The notes under the pieces were generated by a model, which made no database searches, was not told the origin of the DNA, and worked only from the letters and a program-made list of their open reading frames with translations. Shown piece by piece: positions 47,284 through 58,537 of a stretch of 64,000 bases of DNA. The DNA lies in the NCBI GenBank assembly GCA_041685145.1, contig JAWLGJ010000007.1, positions 3,513 through 67,512 on the forward strand. Reading direction: 5' to 3'. Origin of the DNA: Magnetospirillaceae bacterium (GTDB lineage: Bacteria > Pseudomonadota > Alphaproteobacteria > Rhodospirillales > Magnetospirillaceae). How positions within the stretch are numbered: the first letter of the stretch is position 1; the number at the start of each line of letters is the position of its first letter. The translations under genes and the position numbers were made by a program.

Positions 47284-47298
47284 GGGGGCTTTGCCCCC
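47284..47298 (-). terminator. terminator-like GC hairpin after leuB
   Basis: Minus strand reads GGGGGC-aaa-GCCCCC immediately after the leuB TGA, followed only by CTTGACC (poor U tract). Confidence 0.4.
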
Positions 47299-47304
47299 GC
47301 CCCT

Positions 47305-48411
47305 TCAGGCCACCAGCCGGTCCAGCTCGCCGACCACGGCCTCGCCCATGACCGTGGTCGAGACCTTGGCCTTGCCGGGCTGCATGATGTCGGCGGTGCG
47401 CAGCCCGCCGTCGAGGACGTTGGTCACCGCCGCCTCGATCAGGTCGGCCTCGGCGCCGAGATCGAAGGAATAGCGCAGCATCATTGCGAAGCTGAGCAGG
47501 GTGGCCAGGGGATTGGCGATGTCGTTGCCGGCGATGTCGGGGGCGGAGCCGTGCACCGGCTCGTACAGCGCCCGGCGGCGGCCCTGGGCGTCGGCCCCGC
47601 CCAGCGAGGCCGAGGGCAGCATCCCCAGCGAACCGGTCAGCATGGCGGCGCAATCGGACAGGATGTCGCCGAACATGTTGGTGGTGACGATGACGTCGAA
47701 CTGCTTCGGCGCCCGAACAAGCTGCATCGAGGCGTTGTCGACATACATGTGCGACAGCTCGACCTCGGGGTATTCCTTGCCCACCGAGACCACTTCCTCG
47801 CGCCACAGCACGGTGGATTCCAGTACATTGGCCTTGTCCACCGAACAGACGCGCTTGCCCCGCTTCATCGCCAGGTCGAAGGCGACGCGGGCGATGCGGC
47901 GCACCTCGGGGGTGGTGTAGACCAGGGTGTTGTAGCCCTTGCGGGTGCCGTCGGGCAGGGTGTCGATGCCGCGGGGATCGCCGAAATAGATGCCGCCCGT
48001 CAGCTCGCGCACGATCATGATGTCGAGGCCGGCGACCACCTCGTGCTTCAGCGTGCTGGCCTCGGCGAGGGCGTCGAAGACGATGGCCGGGCGCAGATTG
48101 GCGAACAGGCCCATCTCCTTGCGGATGCGCAAAAGCCCCCGCTCCGGCTTCTTGTCGAAGGGCAGATCGTCCCACTTCGGCCCGCCGACGGCGCCCAGCA
48201 GCACGGCGTCGGCGGCCATCGCCTCGGCCAGGGTCTCGTCGGTCAGCGGCACGCCGTGCCTGTCGATGGAGGCGCCGCCGATGAGGCCCTCGCGCACGTC
48301 GAAGCCGACGCCGCGCCGGCGTTGCAGCCACTCCATCACCCGGCGCACCTGCGCCGTCACCTCCGGGCCGATGCCGTCGCCCGGCAGCATCAAAATCGTC
48401 CTGTCGCGCAT
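47305..48411 (-). CDS. leuB: 3-isopropylmalate dehydrogenase
   Basis: [15 protein letters not shown], and the SASLG...[13 protein letters not shown] pattern. Confidence 0.95.
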   Translation of the reverse strand: MRDRTILMLPGDGIGPEVTAQVRRVMEWLQRRRGVGFDVREGLIGGASIDRHGVPLTDETLAEAMAADAVLLGAVGGPKWDDLPFDKKPERGLLRIRKEMGLFANLRPAIVFDALAEASTLKHEVVAGLDIMIVRELTGGIYFGDPRGIDTLPDGTRKGYNTLVYTTPEVRRIARVAFDLAMKRGKRVCSVDKANVLESTVLWREEVVSVGKEYPEVELSHMYVDNASMQLVRAPKQFDVIVTTNMFGDILSDCAAMLTGSLGMLPSASLGGADAQGRRRALYEPVHGSAPDIAGNDIANPLATLLSFAMMLRYSFDLGAEADLIEAAVTNVLDGGLRTADIMQPGKAKVSTTVMGEAVVGELDRLVA

Positions 48412-48480
48412 TCCCCTCTCCGGGCTTGTTCTTGTCGCTTCGCGCCTCGCGGCGCTCCTGGATGTGCGTGGCTTGAGGGC

Positions 48481-49092
48481 CTAGGCCGCCAGCCAGGGCG
48501 CCTGCTGGCGCCGGCGCGCTTCGAAGTCATCGATCTTCGCGGCCTTCTGGAGCGTCAGGCCGATGTCGTCGAGGCCGTTCAGCAGGCAGTGCTTGCGGAA
48601 GGGATCGACGTCGAAGGCGATGACGCCGCCGTCGGGGCCGCGGATTTCCTGCTTCTCCAGATCGACGGTGACGGTGGCGTTGGCGCCGCGCCCGGCGTCG
48701 TCCATCAGCTTGTCGACCTCCGCCTGCGGCAGGGTGATGGGCAGGATGCCGTTCTTAAAGCAGTTGTTGTAGAAGATGTCGGCGAAGCTGGGCGCGACGA
48801 TGCAGCGGATGCCGAAATCGAGGAGCGCCCAGGGGGCGTGCTCGCGCGAGGAGCCGCAGCCGAAATTGTCGCCGGCGACCAGGATCTTGGCCGCGCGGTA
48901 GGCGGGCTTGTTCAGCACGAAGTCGGGATTCTCGGCGCCGTTGTCGTCATAGCGCATCTCGTGAAACAGGTTCTTGCCCAGCCCGGTGCGCTTGATCGTC
49001 TTCAGGAACTGCTTGGGGATGATCATGTCGGTGTCGACATTGATCATCGGCAGCGGCGCGGCGACGCCGGTGAGCACGGTGAATTTGTCCAT
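48481..49092 (-). CDS. leuD: 3-isopropylmalate dehydratase small subunit
   Basis: Start ATG 49092 ([14 protein letters not shown]). [17 protein letters not shown]. Confidence 0.95.
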   Translation of the reverse strand: MDKFTVLTGVAAPLPMINVDTDMIIPKQFLKTIKRTGLGKNLFHEMRYDDNGAENPDFVLNKPAYRAAKILVAGDNFGCGSSREHAPWALLDFGIRCIVAPSFADIFYNNCFKNGILPITLPQAEVDKLMDDAGRGANATVTVDLEKQEIRGPDGGVIAFDVDPFRKHCLLNGLDDIGLTLQKAAKIDDFEARRRQQAPWLAA

Positions 49093-49106
49093 CGTCCCTC
49101 TCCCCC

Positions 49107-50513
49107 TCAGGCCAACGCGCGCACGTCGGTCAGGCGCCCGGTGATGGCCGCCGCCGCCGCCATTTCGGGGCTGAGCAGATGCGTGCGCCCGCCCCGGCCC
49201 TGCCGGCCCTCGAAATTGCGGTTGGAGGTCGAGGCGCAGCGCTCGCCCGGCTCCAGGCGGTCGGCGTTCATCGCCAGGCACATCGAGCACCCCGGCTCGC
49301 GCCATTCGAAACCGGCCTCGGTGAAGATGCGGTCCAGGCCTTCCGCCTCGGCCTGCTCCTTGACCAGGCCCGAGCCCGGCACCACCATCGCGCCGACGCC
49401 CGCCGCCACCCGGCGGCCCTTGGCGATCGCCGCCGCCGCCCGCAGATCCTCGATGCGGCCGTTGGTGCACGAACCGATGAACACGCGGTCGACGGCGATA
49501 TCGGCCAGCGGCGTGCCGGGGGCAAGGCCCATGTATTCCAGCGCCCGCCGCATGGCCCGGCGGCGGTGCTCGTCGGGCTCGTCGGCGGGGTCGGGGACGC
49601 GGGCGGTGATGGGCAGCACGTCCTGGGGGCTGGTGCCCCAGGTCACCTGCGGCGCCACGTCGGCCGCCGCCAGGGTGATCTCGGTGTCGAAAGCGGCGCC
49701 GTCGTCGGTCTTCAGCGTCTTCCAATAGTTGACCGCCGCCTCCCACGCGGCGCCCTTCGGCGCCTGCGGGCGGCCCTTCAGGTATTCGAACGTTGTCTCG
49801 TCGGGGGCGATGAGCCCGGCGCGGGCGCCGGCCTCGATGGTCATGTTGCACACCGTCATGCGCCCTTCCATCGACAGCGCCCGGATGGCCTCGCCGGCGT
49901 ATTCGATGACATGGCCGGTGCCGCCGGCGGTGCCGATGCGGCCGATGATCGCCAGCACCAGATCCTTGGCGGTCACCCCGGCGGGCAGGCTGCCGTCGAC
50001 GGTGATGCGCATGTTCTTGGCGCGGGCCTGCACCAGCGTCTGGGTGGCGAGCACATGCTCGACCTCGGAGGTGCCGATGCCGAAGGCCAGCGCCCCGAAG
50101 GCGCCGTGGGTGGCGGTGTGCGAATCGCCGCAGACGATGGTGGTGCCGGGCAGGGTGAAGCCCTGTTCGGGCCCGACGATGTGCACGATGCCCTGGCGGA
50201 TGTCGTCCATCGGATAGTAGGGCACGGCGAAGTCGCGGGCGTTGGCCTCCAGGGTCTCGACCTGCAGGCGCGATTCGGGATCGGCGATGCCGTGCGAGCG
50301 GTCGGTGGTGGGGACGTTGTGATCGGCCACCGCCAGGGTCTGCCCCGGCCGCCGCACCTGGCGCCCGGCGGCGCGCAGCCCCTCGAAGGCCTGGGGGCTG
50401 GTCACCTCGTGGACGAGATGGCGGTCGATATAGATGAGGCAGGTGCCGTCATCCTGAACATCGACCAGATGGCTGTCCCAGATCTTGTCGAACAGGGTGC
50501 GCGGTGAAGCCAT
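49107..50513 (-). CDS. leuC: 3-isopropylmalate dehydratase large subunit
   Basis: [36 protein letters not shown] 50513 preferred; 50531 is the alternative. Confidence 0.95.
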   Translation of the reverse strand: MASPRTLFDKIWDSHLVDVQDDGTCLIYIDRHLVHEVTSPQAFEGLRAAGRQVRRPGQTLAVADHNVPTTDRSHGIADPESRLQVETLEANARDFAVPYYPMDDIRQGIVHIVGPEQGFTLPGTTIVCGDSHTATHGAFGALAFGIGTSEVEHVLATQTLVQARAKNMRITVDGSLPAGVTAKDLVLAIIGRIGTAGGTGHVIEYAGEAIRALSMEGRMTVCNMTIEAGARAGLIAPDETTFEYLKGRPQAPKGAAWEAAVNYWKTLKTDDGAAFDTEITLAAADVAPQVTWGTSPQDVLPITARVPDPADEPDEHRRRAMRRALEYMGLAPGTPLADIAVDRVFIGSCTNGRIEDLRAAAAIAKGRRVAAGVGAMVVPGSGLVKEQAEAEGLDRIFTEAGFEWREPGCSMCLAMNADRLEPGERCASTSNRNFEGRQGRGGRTHLLSPEMAAAAAITGRLTDVRALA

Positions 50514-50605
50514 GTCTCGCTCTCGACTCATTCGTGAAGGGGCGCAGAATAGCGATTGCCCCGCGTGAGGGAAAGGGGCGTCGCGGCCAACGGGGGCGGG
50601 CCGCC

Positions 50606-51526
50606 TCAGCCGCCGCCGGCGGCGTGCAGCTTCAGCGCCGTGGCGATGAAGGTGTGGGTGGGCGTGGGCAGGCCGTGCTGGGCCCCCAGGCGCACCACCG
50701 CCCCCGACAGCCAGGGCAGTTCCAGCCGCGCGCCGCGTTCCAGGTCGCCCAGCATCGAGGACTTCATCTCGTGCGGCAGGCCGTCGACGAAGGCCATCAC
50801 CCGCTCGCCCTGGTCGACGGGCAACTCGACGCCCTCGGCGCGAGCCACCGCCACCGCCTCGTCAACGGCGGCGCGCAGCAGGGCGCGGGTGTCGGCGTCA
50901 TCGCGGATGGGGCCGATGGGCAGCCGCGTCAGACTGGTGACACCGCTGAACGGGGCCAGGAAGACGAACTTCTCCCAGATGTTGCGGCGGATGTCGGGGG
51001 CGACCTCGATCTCCACCCCGGCCGCTTGGCCGGCCTGGGCGAACGCCTCGATATTGCGGCCGGCGCCGCCCTCGGCGCGCCCCACCCACAGCCGCGCCAG
51101 GGTGCCGGTGTGGCGGATGACGCCGGGGGCGCCGATGACGGCGGCGATGTGGCAGACGCCGCCGACGGCATGGCCCGGCCCCAGCACCGAGTCGAGGCGC
51201 GGCACCGAGTCGACGCCGTTCTGGAAGGTGATGACGGGCGTGTCCGGCCCCAGCAGCGGGCGGACGACCTCGGCGGCGCTTTCGGTGTCCCACAGCTTGA
51301 CCGAGAACAGCACCACATCGGCCGGGCCCAGATCCTCGGCGCGGTCGCTGGCGGTGACCGGGTGCAGGTGCAAGTCGCCGAGGGCGCTTTCCACCCTCAG
51401 GCCGTTCTCGCGCATGGCCGCCAGATGCGCCCCGCGCGCCAGGAAGCGCACGTCATGCCCCGCCGCCGCCAGCCGCGCCCCGAAATAGCCGCCGACCCCG
51501 CCGGCGCCGACAATCGCAATCCGCAT
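50606..51526 (-). CDS. panE: 2-dehydropantoate 2-reductase
   Basis: GGGAGGTG precedes ATG 51526. [16 protein letters not shown], and the ApbA/PanE C-terminal domain. Confidence 0.85.
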   Translation of the reverse strand: MRIAIVGAGGVGGYFGARLAAAGHDVRFLARGAHLAAMRENGLRVESALGDLHLHPVTASDRAEDLGPADVVLFSVKLWDTESAAEVVRPLLGPDTPVITFQNGVDSVPRLDSVLGPGHAVGGVCHIAAVIGAPGVIRHTGTLARLWVGRAEGGAGRNIEAFAQAGQAAGVEIEVAPDIRRNIWEKFVFLAPFSGVTSLTRLPIGPIRDDADTRALLRAAVDEAVAVARAEGVELPVDQGERVMAFVDGLPHEMKSSMLGDLERGARLELPWLSGAVVRLGAQHGLPTPTHTFIATALKLHAAGGG

Positions 51527-51599
51527 CTCGCACCTCCCTCGCTGCACCAGACGCTTGGACGGGCGCGCCACAGCGGGCGCCGCCCAACGGGCACACCAC

Positions 51600-51631
51600 G
51601 GGCCGGGGACACTGGCGCGTGCCCCCGGCCC
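51600..51631 (-). terminator. long GC hairpin downstream of rplS (terminator-like, no U tract)
   Basis: GGGCCGGGGACAC-tggcgc-GTGCCCCCGGCCC (12 bp plus 1 mismatch), 27 nt after the rplS stop. Confidence 0.4.
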
Positions 51632-51657
51632 GAAACGTCAACCGATGGAAAAGGGGC

Positions 51658-52101
51658 TCAGGCGCCCTTTTTCTTCTTCTTACTGCTGCCCTTGGCCACG
51701 GCGGCGGCCTCGCGCTCGGCGGCGGCCACCTTGGCGCCATAGCCGGTGGTCTGTTCGGCGATGCGGGCCGACTTGCCCCGGCGCTCGCGCAGGTAATACA
51801 GCTTGGCGCGCCGGACGGCGCCGCGCCGCACCACCTCGATCTGGGCGATGCTGGGCGAGTACAGCGGGAAGATTCGCTCCACGCCCTCGCCATAGCTGAT
51901 CTTGCGCACCGTGAACGACGAGTTCAGGGCGTCGTTCTTGCGGGCGATGACCACGCCCTCATAGGCCTGGGTGCGCTCGCGGTTGCCCTCGACCACCTTG
52001 ACGTGGACGCGCACCGTGTCGCCCGGCGAGAAGTCCGGCACGCCGCGCTCGGCGGTCAGCTTCGCCATCTGCTCGTTTTCGAGCTCTTGAATGATGTTCA
52101 T
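51658..52101 (-). CDS. rplS: 50S ribosomal protein L19
   Basis: [11 protein letters not shown]...[26 protein letters not shown]. Confidence 0.95.
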   Translation of the reverse strand: MNIIQELENEQMAKLTAERGVPDFSPGDTVRVHVKVVEGNRERTQAYEGVVIARKNDALNSSFTVRKISYGEGVERIFPLYSPSIAQIEVVRRGAVRRAKLYYLRERRGKSARIAEQTTGYGAKVAAAEREAAAVAKGSSKKKKKGA

Positions 52102-52104
52102 TTT

Positions 52105-52842
52105 TCAGCCCTCAACCTTCTTCGCCGCGACGTACCGCTCCCACAAGTCGGGCCGCCGCTGCCGCGTCACCTCTTCCGCCTGCGCCTGCCGCCAGGCGCG
52201 GATCCTTTCGTGGTGGCCGGACAGCAGAATGTCCGGCACCGCCCGGCCCTGCCAAAGCTGGGGCCGGGTGTAGTGGGGATATTCCAGCAATCCCCGCTCG
52301 AAACTCTCTTCGGTCAGCGATTCCTCCCGGCCGACGACGCCCGGAAGCAAGCGCACCACCGCATCCATCAACACCAGCGCCGCCGGCTCGCCGCCCGACA
52401 GCACATAATCGCCGACGCTGACCTCCTCGGCGCCGTGGGCGTCCAGAACCCGTTGGTCGACGCCCTCGAAGCGCCCGCACAACAGCGTCACCCGTTCCTC
52501 GGCGGCCAGCGCCCGCACCCGCGCCTGGTCCAGCAAACGCCCCCGTGGCGTCAGATACACCAGCGGTCCGCCGCGGTGACCGGCACGGATCGCCGCGTCG
52601 ACGACGTCGGGCCGCATGACCATGCCGGGGCCGCCGCCGACGGGCGTGTCGTCGACGGAGCGGTGTTTATCGCTCGCGAAAGCGCGAATGTCCACCGTTT
52701 CCAGCGCCCACACGCCCTCGGAAAGCGCCCGCCCGGCCAGCGAATGCCCCAGCGGCCCCGGAAACATCTCCGGGAAGATGGTCAGCACCGCCGCCGTCCA
52801 CGCCGGGCCGCCCGCCGCCCTCGCCTGCGCCTCGTCCGCCAC
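52105..52842 (-). CDS. trmD: tRNA (guanine37-N1)-methyltransferase
   Basis: [45 protein letters not shown]. Confidence 0.95.
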   Translation of the reverse strand: MADEAQARAAGGPAWTAAVLTIFPEMFPGPLGHSLAGRALSEGVWALETVDIRAFASDKHRSVDDTPVGGGPGMVMRPDVVDAAIRAGHRGGPLVYLTPRGRLLDQARVRALAAEERVTLLCGRFEGVDQRVLDAHGAEEVSVGDYVLSGGEPAALVLMDAVVRLLPGVVGREESLTEESFERGLLEYPHYTRPQLWQGRAVPDILLSGHHERIRAWRQAQAEEVTRQRRPDLWERYVAAKKVEG

Positions 52843-53358
52843 TCACTTCTCCTCGCCGGTCTCCGCCGGCGGCTCGATCACCAGCCGTCCCGCCGCCAGG
52901 TCCACCGTCGGCACCACCCGGCGGGTGAAGGGGTAGAGGGCGGTGCCGCCGCCCTCCAGGGCCACCTCCAGCACGTCGCCGGCGCCGAAGTCATGCACCG
53001 CCCGAACCGTCCCCAGGCGCTCGCCGTCCCCGGAGTCGACACCGAGGCCGACGAGGTCGGCGTAGTAATACTCCTCCGGGTCCGCGAGCGCCGGCAGGGC
53101 GGCGCGCGGCACCATCAGCCGGCATCCCCGCAGCGCCTCGGCCGCCTCGCGGCTGTCGACGCCCTCCATCGCGGCGACGACGACGCCCTTGGCCTGGCCG
53201 GTGACGCGCAGGCGCCGCCGCCAGGTGCCGGCCTCGTCCTCCACCGGGCCATACGCCGCCACCGCCTCGGCATCGGCGGTGAAGGGCTTGACCCGCAGCC
53301 GCCCTTGGACGCCGTGCGCGCCGACGACCACGCCCAGGCAGACGCGATCCTCCGGCAC
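52843..53358 (-). CDS. rimM: 16S rRNA processing protein RimM
   Basis: GVVVGAHGVQGRLRVKPFT, YYADLVGL. Abuts trmD. Confidence 0.92.
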   Translation of the reverse strand: MPEDRVCLGVVVGAHGVQGRLRVKPFTADAEAVAAYGPVEDEAGTWRRRLRVTGQAKGVVVAAMEGVDSREAAEALRGCRLMVPRAALPALADPEEYYYADLVGLGVDSGDGERLGTVRAVHDFGAGDVLEVALEGGGTALYPFTRRVVPTVDLAAGRLVIEPPAETGEEK

Positions 53359-53373
53359 GGCCGTCCCCCGCGG

Positions 53374-53793
53374 CTACGCCTCGGCCTCGGCCCCGTCGCC
53401 GCCCTCGGCCGGCGCTTCCGCCGGCGCCGGCGCCTCGGCCTCGGCGGCGGCCGCCGCGGCGGCTTCCTGCTGCTCCTTCAGGCGCTCCTGCGCCTTGGCC
53501 TTGGGCTGCGGCTTCTTGGTCTGCTCGCGGCGGGGGCGCGGCGCCATCAGTTCCGCATCGGCCAGGAACTTGGCGACGCGGTCGGTGGGCTGCGCGCCGA
53601 CGCCGAGCCAGTATTTCAGGCGCTCGGTCACCAGGGTGAGGCGCTGGTCGTGCTCGCGCGGCACCATCGGGTTGTAGGTGCCCACCTTCTCGATGAAGCG
53701 GCCGTCGCGCGGGCTGCGCGAATCGGCGACCACGATGCGATAGAACGGGCGCTTCTTGGCGCCGCCGCGGGCCAGACGAATCTTCAGAGACAT
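53374..53793 (-). CDS. rpsP: 30S ribosomal protein S16 (Ala/Glu-rich C-terminal extension)
   Basis: [35 protein letters not shown]. Confidence 0.95.
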   Translation of the reverse strand: MSLKIRLARGGAKKRPFYRIVVADSRSPRDGRFIEKVGTYNPMVPREHDQRLTLVTERLKYWLGVGAQPTDRVAKFLADAELMAPRPRREQTKKPQPKAKAQERLKEQQEAAAAAAAEAEAPAPAEAPAEGGDGAEAEA

Positions 53794-53833
53794 TCCTTCT
53801 CCAATCCTTTTCCTGCTAAATCGAAATCAATCC

Positions 53834-55219
53834 TCAGCCGAAGGGGAAGCCGCCGCCGCCGCCGCCCGGCGGCATCATGCCCGGCGGCAGGCCGCCGCCC
53901 TTGAGCAGGCCCTTCTTCCCCATCTTGCCGACCTTCTTCATCATCCCCTGCATCTGCTGGTGCTGCTTGAGCAGGCGGTTGACGTCCTGGACGCTGACGC
54001 CGGACCCGGCGGCGATGCGCTTCTTGCGCGAAGCCTTGATGACCTCGGGCCGGCGCCGTTCCTTGGGCGTCATCGACAGGATGATCGCCTCCTGGCGCTT
54101 GATCATCGAGTCGTCGATATTGGCCTTCTCGATCTGCCCCTTGAGCTTGCCGATGCCCGGCAGCATCCCCAGCAGGCCCTTGACGTCGCCCATTTTCTTG
54201 ATCTGGCGCAACTGGCTGAGCATGTCCTCCAGGTCGAACTGCCCCTTCTGGACCCGCTTCGCCAGCCGCTCGGCCTCTTCCTGCTCGATGGTCTCGGCGG
54301 CGCGCTCGACCAGGCTGACGACGTCGCCCATGCCCAGGATGCGCCCGGCGAGGCGGTCGGGGTGGAAGCCTTCCAGCCCGTCCAGCTTCTCGCCGGTACC
54401 CAAGAGCTTGATGGGCTTGCCGGTGACGGCCCGCATCGACAGGGCAGCGCCGCCGCGGGCGTCGCCGTCGACGCGGGTCAGGACGATGCCGCTGACGCCC
54501 ACCTTCTCGTCGAACTCGCGCGCCAGGGTGACGGCGTCCTGGCCGGTCATGGCGTCGACGACCAGCAGGGTTTCCTGCGGCCGGGCGACGTCACGCACGT
54601 CGGCGACCTCGGCCATCAACTCCTGGTCGATGTGCAGGCGGCCGGCGGTGTCGAGGATGACGACGTCATAGCCCTCAAGCCGCGCCGTTTCCATCGCGCG
54701 GCGGGCGATGTCCACCGGCATCTGCCCGTCGACCACCGGCAGGCTGCCCACCTCGGCCTGCCGCGCCAGCACGGCAAGCTGCTCCTGCGCCGCCGGGCGG
54801 TAGACGTCCAGCGAGGCCAGCAGCACCTTCTTGCGCTCGCGCTTCTTCAGGCGGGCGGCGATCTTGGCGCTGGTGGTGGTCTTGCCCGAGCCCTGCAAGC
54901 CGACCATCAGGATCGGCACCGGCGGCTGGGCGCGCAGATCAAGCTCGGTGCCCTCGGTGCCCAGGGTCTCGACGAGGACGTCGTGGACGATCTTGACCAC
55001 CATCTGGCCGGGGGTGACCGAGCGGATCACCTCCTGGCCGACGGCGCGCTCCTTGACCGTGGCAACGAAGTCCTTGACCACCGGCAGGGCGACGTCGGCC
55101 TCCAGCAGCGCCACGCGCACCTCGCGCATGGCCGCGTTGACGTCATCCTCGGTCAGCGCGCCCCGGCGGCGCAGCTTATCGAAGACGCCGCCCAGCCGGG
55201 CGCTCAGGCTCTCGAACAT
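53834..55219 (-). CDS. ffh: signal recognition particle protein
   Basis: MFESLSARL, GLQGSGKTTT, DTAGR, Met-rich M domain, C-terminal Gly-rich tail. Confidence 0.96.
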   Translation of the reverse strand: MFESLSARLGGVFDKLRRRGALTEDDVNAAMREVRVALLEADVALPVVKDFVATVKERAVGQEVIRSVTPGQMVVKIVHDVLVETLGTEGTELDLRAQPPVPILMVGLQGSGKTTTSAKIAARLKKRERKKVLLASLDVYRPAAQEQLAVLARQAEVGSLPVVDGQMPVDIARRAMETARLEGYDVVILDTAGRLHIDQELMAEVADVRDVARPQETLLVVDAMTGQDAVTLAREFDEKVGVSGIVLTRVDGDARGGAALSMRAVTGKPIKLLGTGEKLDGLEGFHPDRLAGRILGMGDVVSLVERAAETIEQEEAERLAKRVQKGQFDLEDMLSQLRQIKKMGDVKGLLGMLPGIGKLKGQIEKANIDDSMIKRQEAIILSMTPKERRRPEVIKASRKKRIAAGSGVSVQDVNRLLKQHQQMQGMMKKVGKMGKKGLLKGGGLPPGMMPPGGGGGGFPFG

Positions 55220-55437
55220 GCAAACCCTTCCGACGCAACGGGTATGGCGCCAGTGCGCGAACCCTCGCGGACTGGCGGACCTCCTCGGAGGCTGAGACGC
55301 TTCGCAACCTCAGAGAACCAAGCGAACGTGGTTATTAGCCGCGCCCCGCGCCAGTGTCAACCGCCGGCGCGGAGCCGGGCGAGCGACGGTGGGCGAAGGT
55401 GGGGGCGGGACGCCCCCTCCCAAGGCGCCAATGGCGG

Positions 55438-55815
55438 CTACTCGATCAATTGGCCGGCCGTTCGCAGATAGACCGGCCCGGTTTGGCCGATGGTCTCGCC
55501 GTCGAAGCTCTCGGAGGCGACGTGAATCTCCTCCAGCATTTCGGCGAGCCCCTGAACCTCCTGGTTGATGCGCCCCAGCGCGTTTTCGATGGTGTAGGTC
55601 AGCTCATGGATGGTGACGAAATCCTCGTCGCTCAGGGTCTCGGCGGCGAGGACGGCGGCGAGGCGTTCGTTGTATTCGGCGAAGTTCGCCACCGCCACCT
55701 CCAGGGTTTCGGCGGGCTTACCCTTGAAATGCTCGGGCCGTTCGTCGGCATGGGCGATGCCGGCGGCAAAAAGCGCCGCCCCCAGGCCCAGGGCATTGAT
55801 CAACCGTCTCATCAT
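55438..55815 (-). CDS. exported helical hypothetical protein
   Basis: GAGAGGAGCA precedes the ATGATG at 55815/55812. Signal peptide MMRRLINALGLGAALFAAGIAHA. Mature part is acidic and helical (HELTYTIENALGRI...). Confidence 0.65.
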   Translation of the reverse strand: MMRRLINALGLGAALFAAGIAHADERPEHFKGKPAETLEVAVANFAEYNERLAAVLAAETLSDEDFVTIHELTYTIENALGRINQEVQGLAEMLEEIHVASESFDGETIGQTGPVYLRTAGQLIE

Positions 55816-56208
55816 TGCTCCTCTCTTCCCATATGCAAATGCGAGGCGATTGCAGTTAAAGCGCAAAAGCGGGCCTCGGGCAAGCCCGAAATCGCGGCGG
55901 GCGGATTAGCCGTCGTAGGGAGTATCGGCACCCCCTTGCGCAGACTGTGCGATCGGCGTCTTGTTGGCATGGGGGCGGGGGTCTCAGGTAAGGGGACAGG
56001 ATTCGGCCGGTCTTCCATCGTTTCGGGTAAGTCGCGGCCATCCTTGCGGGTAGGAAATACAAGGAATTTCTAATGAGTACGCGAGTCGTGCTGGATTCGC
56101 GGGGGCCGTTATGCCAAAAGTTGCCCGACCGCAGTCCGGGTCCAGCCCCGGCGATCCGCGCCCGCCCGCCCGCGACTGCCGCAACAAGACGACTGAGTGG
56201 AGGAGAGC

Positions 56209-57216
56209 ATGACCGTACGCGTTGCCATCAACGGTTTCGGCCGCATCGGCCGCCTGGTGCTGCGCGCCCTCGCCGAGCAGAAGCGCACCGACGTGCAGGT
56301 GGTGGCCATCAACGATCTGGGCTCGCCCGAAGCCAACGCGCATCTGTTCCGCTATGATTCCGTGCACGGTCGCTTTCCGGGCGAGGTGACGGTCGAGGGC
56401 AACAGCATGGATGTCGGCTTCGGGCCGATGAAGGTCACCGCCGAGCGCGACCCCACCAAGCTGCCCTGGGGCGAATTGGGCGTCGACATCGTCGCCGAGT
56501 GCACCGGCATCTTCACCAAGCGCGACAAGGCCGCCCTGCACCTTGAGGCCGGCGCCAAGCGCGTGCTCGTCTCCGCCCCCGCCGACGGCGCCGACCTGAC
56601 GGTGGTCTACGGCGTCAACCACGACCAGCTCAAGCCCGAGCACACCATCGTCTCCAACGGCTCCTGCACCACCAACTGCCTGGCGCCGGTGGCGCATGTG
56701 CTCAAGGATCTGTGCGGCATCGAAAAGGGCTTCATGACCACGGTGCACGCCTATACCGGCGACCAGAACACCGTCGATACCCTGCACAAGGATCCGCACC
56801 GCGCCCGCGCCGCCGCGGTCAGCATGATCCCCACCTCGACCGGCGCCGCCAAGGCCATCGGCCTGGTCATCCCCGAACTGGCCGGCAAGCTGGACGGCAC
56901 CGCCGTGCGCGTGCCCACCCCCAATGTCTCGATGATCGACCTGAAATTCGTCGCCGGGCGCGAGGTGAACGCCGAGGAGATCAACGCCGCGATGGCCAAG
57001 GCCGCCGCCGGGCCGCTGAAGGGGGTGCTGGACTACAACGACGCGCCGCTGGTCTCGGTCGACTTCAACCACAACCCGGCCTCGTCCACCTTCGACGCCA
57101 CCCAGACCAAGGTGGTCGGCGGCAACCTCGTGCGCGTGCTGTCCTGGTACGACAACGAGTGGGGCTTCTCGTCGCGCATGAGCGACACCGCCGCGGCGAT
57201 GGGCAAGCTGGGCTGA
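56209..57216 (+). CDS. gap: type I glyceraldehyde-3-phosphate dehydrogenase
   Basis: GGAGGAGAGC precedes ATG 56209. INGFGRIGR, and catalytic [12 protein letters not shown]. Confidence 0.96.
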   Translation: MTVRVAINGFGRIGRLVLRALAEQKRTDVQVVAINDLGSPEANAHLFRYDSVHGRFPGEVTVEGNSMDVGFGPMKVTAERDPTKLPWGELGVDIVAECTGIFTKRDKAALHLEAGAKRVLVSAPADGADLTVVYGVNHDQLKPEHTIVSNGSCTTNCLAPVAHVLKDLCGIEKGFMTTVHAYTGDQNTVDTLHKDPHRARAAAVSMIPTSTGAAKAIGLVIPELAGKLDGTAVRVPTPNVSMIDLKFVAGREVNAEEINAAMAKAAAGPLKGVLDYNDAPLVSVDFNHNPASSTFDATQTKVVGGNLVRVLSWYDNEWGFSSRMSDTAAAMGKLG

Positions 57217-57221
57217 TCCTC

Positions 57222-58415
57222 ATGGCCGCGTTCAAAACCCTCGACGACCTGGACGTGGCGGGCAAGCGGGTGGTGGTGCGCAGCGACCTCAACGTCCCCA
57301 TGAAGGACGGCAAGGTCACCGACGCCACCCGCATCGACCGCTCCGCCCAGACCATCCGCGAACTGGCCGACGCCGGCGCGCGGGTGGTGGTGGTGTCGCA
57401 TTTCGGCCGCCCCAAGGGCCGGCGCGTACCCGAGATGAGCCTGAAGCCGGTGGCGGCGGCGCTGGGCGAGGCGCTGGGGCGCCCCGTCGCCTTCGCCGAG
57501 GACTGCGTCGGCCCCGCCGCCGAGGCGGTGGTGAACGGCCTGGGCGACGGCGGCGTGGCGCTGCTGGAGAACCTGCGCTACCACGCCGAGGAGGAGAAGA
57601 ACGACGCCGCATTCGCCGGCAGGCTGGCGGCGCTGGGCGACGTTTACGTCAACGACGCCTTCTCGACCGCCCACCGCGCCCACGCCTCGACCGAGGCCAT
57701 CGCGCGGCTGCTGCCGTCGGCGGCCGGGCGGCTGATGCAGGCCGAGCTGGAGGCGCTGACCAAGGCCCTGGAGGCGCCGGAACGGCCGCTGGCGGCCGTG
57801 GTCGGCGGCGCCAAGGTGTCCACCAAGCTGGACCTCCTGGGCAATCTCGTCGGCCGCGTCGACATGATCATCATCGGCGGCGGCATGGCCAACACCTTCC
57901 TGTTCGCGCAAGGCCTCGACGTCGGCAAGTCGCTGTGCGAGAAGGAAATGGCCGACACCGCCCGCGCCATCCTCGACAAGGCCGCGGCGGCGGGCTGCGA
58001 GATCGTGCTGCCCACCGACGCCGTGGTGGCGCGCGAGTTCCGCGAGAACGCCTGGGCCGACATCGTCACCGTCGACAAGGTGCCGGCCGACACCATGATC
58101 CTGGACACCGGCCCCGACAGCGTGCAGGCCATCAAGCGCAAGCTGGCCGGCTGCAAGACGCTGGTCTGGAATGGCCCCCTGGGCGCCTTCGAGGTCATCC
58201 CCTTCGACGACGCCACCAACACCGTCGCCCAGGAGGCGGCGCGCCTGACCGGCCAGGGGCGGCTGCTGACGGTGGCGGGCGGCGGCGACACGGTGGCGGC
58301 GCTGGCTCATGCCGGGGTGCTGGAGAAGTTCTCCTACGTCTCCACCGCCGGCGGCGCCTTCCTGGAGTGGCTGGAGGGCAAGGATCTGCCTGGCGTGGCG
58401 GCCCTGAAAGCCTGA
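57222..58415 (+). CDS. pgk: phosphoglycerate kinase
   Basis: [33 protein letters not shown]. Confidence 0.96.
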   Translation: MAAFKTLDDLDVAGKRVVVRSDLNVPMKDGKVTDATRIDRSAQTIRELADAGARVVVVSHFGRPKGRRVPEMSLKPVAAALGEALGRPVAFAEDCVGPAAEAVVNGLGDGGVALLENLRYHAEEEKNDAAFAGRLAALGDVYVNDAFSTAHRAHASTEAIARLLPSAAGRLMQAELEALTKALEAPERPLAAVVGGAKVSTKLDLLGNLVGRVDMIIIGGGMANTFLFAQGLDVGKSLCEKEMADTARAILDKAAAAGCEIVLPTDAVVAREFRENAWADIVTVDKVPADTMILDTGPDSVQAIKRKLAGCKTLVWNGPLGAFEVIPFDDATNTVAQEAARLTGQGRLLTVAGGGDTVAALAHAGVLEKFSYVSTAGGAFLEWLEGKDLPGVAALKA

Positions 58416-58472
58416 GGGTGCGGACCCGTTCGCGCCTGGCGGCGCTCGCGCGCCCCGCTGGCGCCCTTTCGG

Positions 58473-58501
58473 TTGACGCCTCGGCGCGGCGCGAATAGGT
58501 T
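58473..58501 (+). promoter_or_regulatory. candidate promoter for lysK
   Basis: TTGACG (58473-58478), 17-nt spacer, TAGGTT (58496-58501). Confidence 0.3.
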
Positions 58502-58537
58502 TCCGCACCTCTCGCAGTCCCTGGGGAACCGCCAGCG

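Noticed and set aside
47131-49728. 865-aa plus-strand ORF over leuB-leuD-leuC
   Set aside because: Same shadow-ORF signature; the opposite strand encodes unmistakable LeuB/LeuD/LeuC.
50514-50605. Leucine-rich leader peptide / attenuator upstream of leuC
   Set aside because: I looked for one by analogy with the asd finding. There is no short ORF with a Leu run and no alternative-helix arrangement, only 92 nt following the upstream panE stop.
55220-55437. Possible small RNA or tRNA in the 218-nt spacer upstream of ffh
   Set aside because: No tRNA T-loop/acceptor pattern and no SRP-RNA-like conserved motif. There is only a GGGGGCG-gga-CGCCCCC hairpin (55401-55417), which probably serves as the 3' end of the exported-protein gene.
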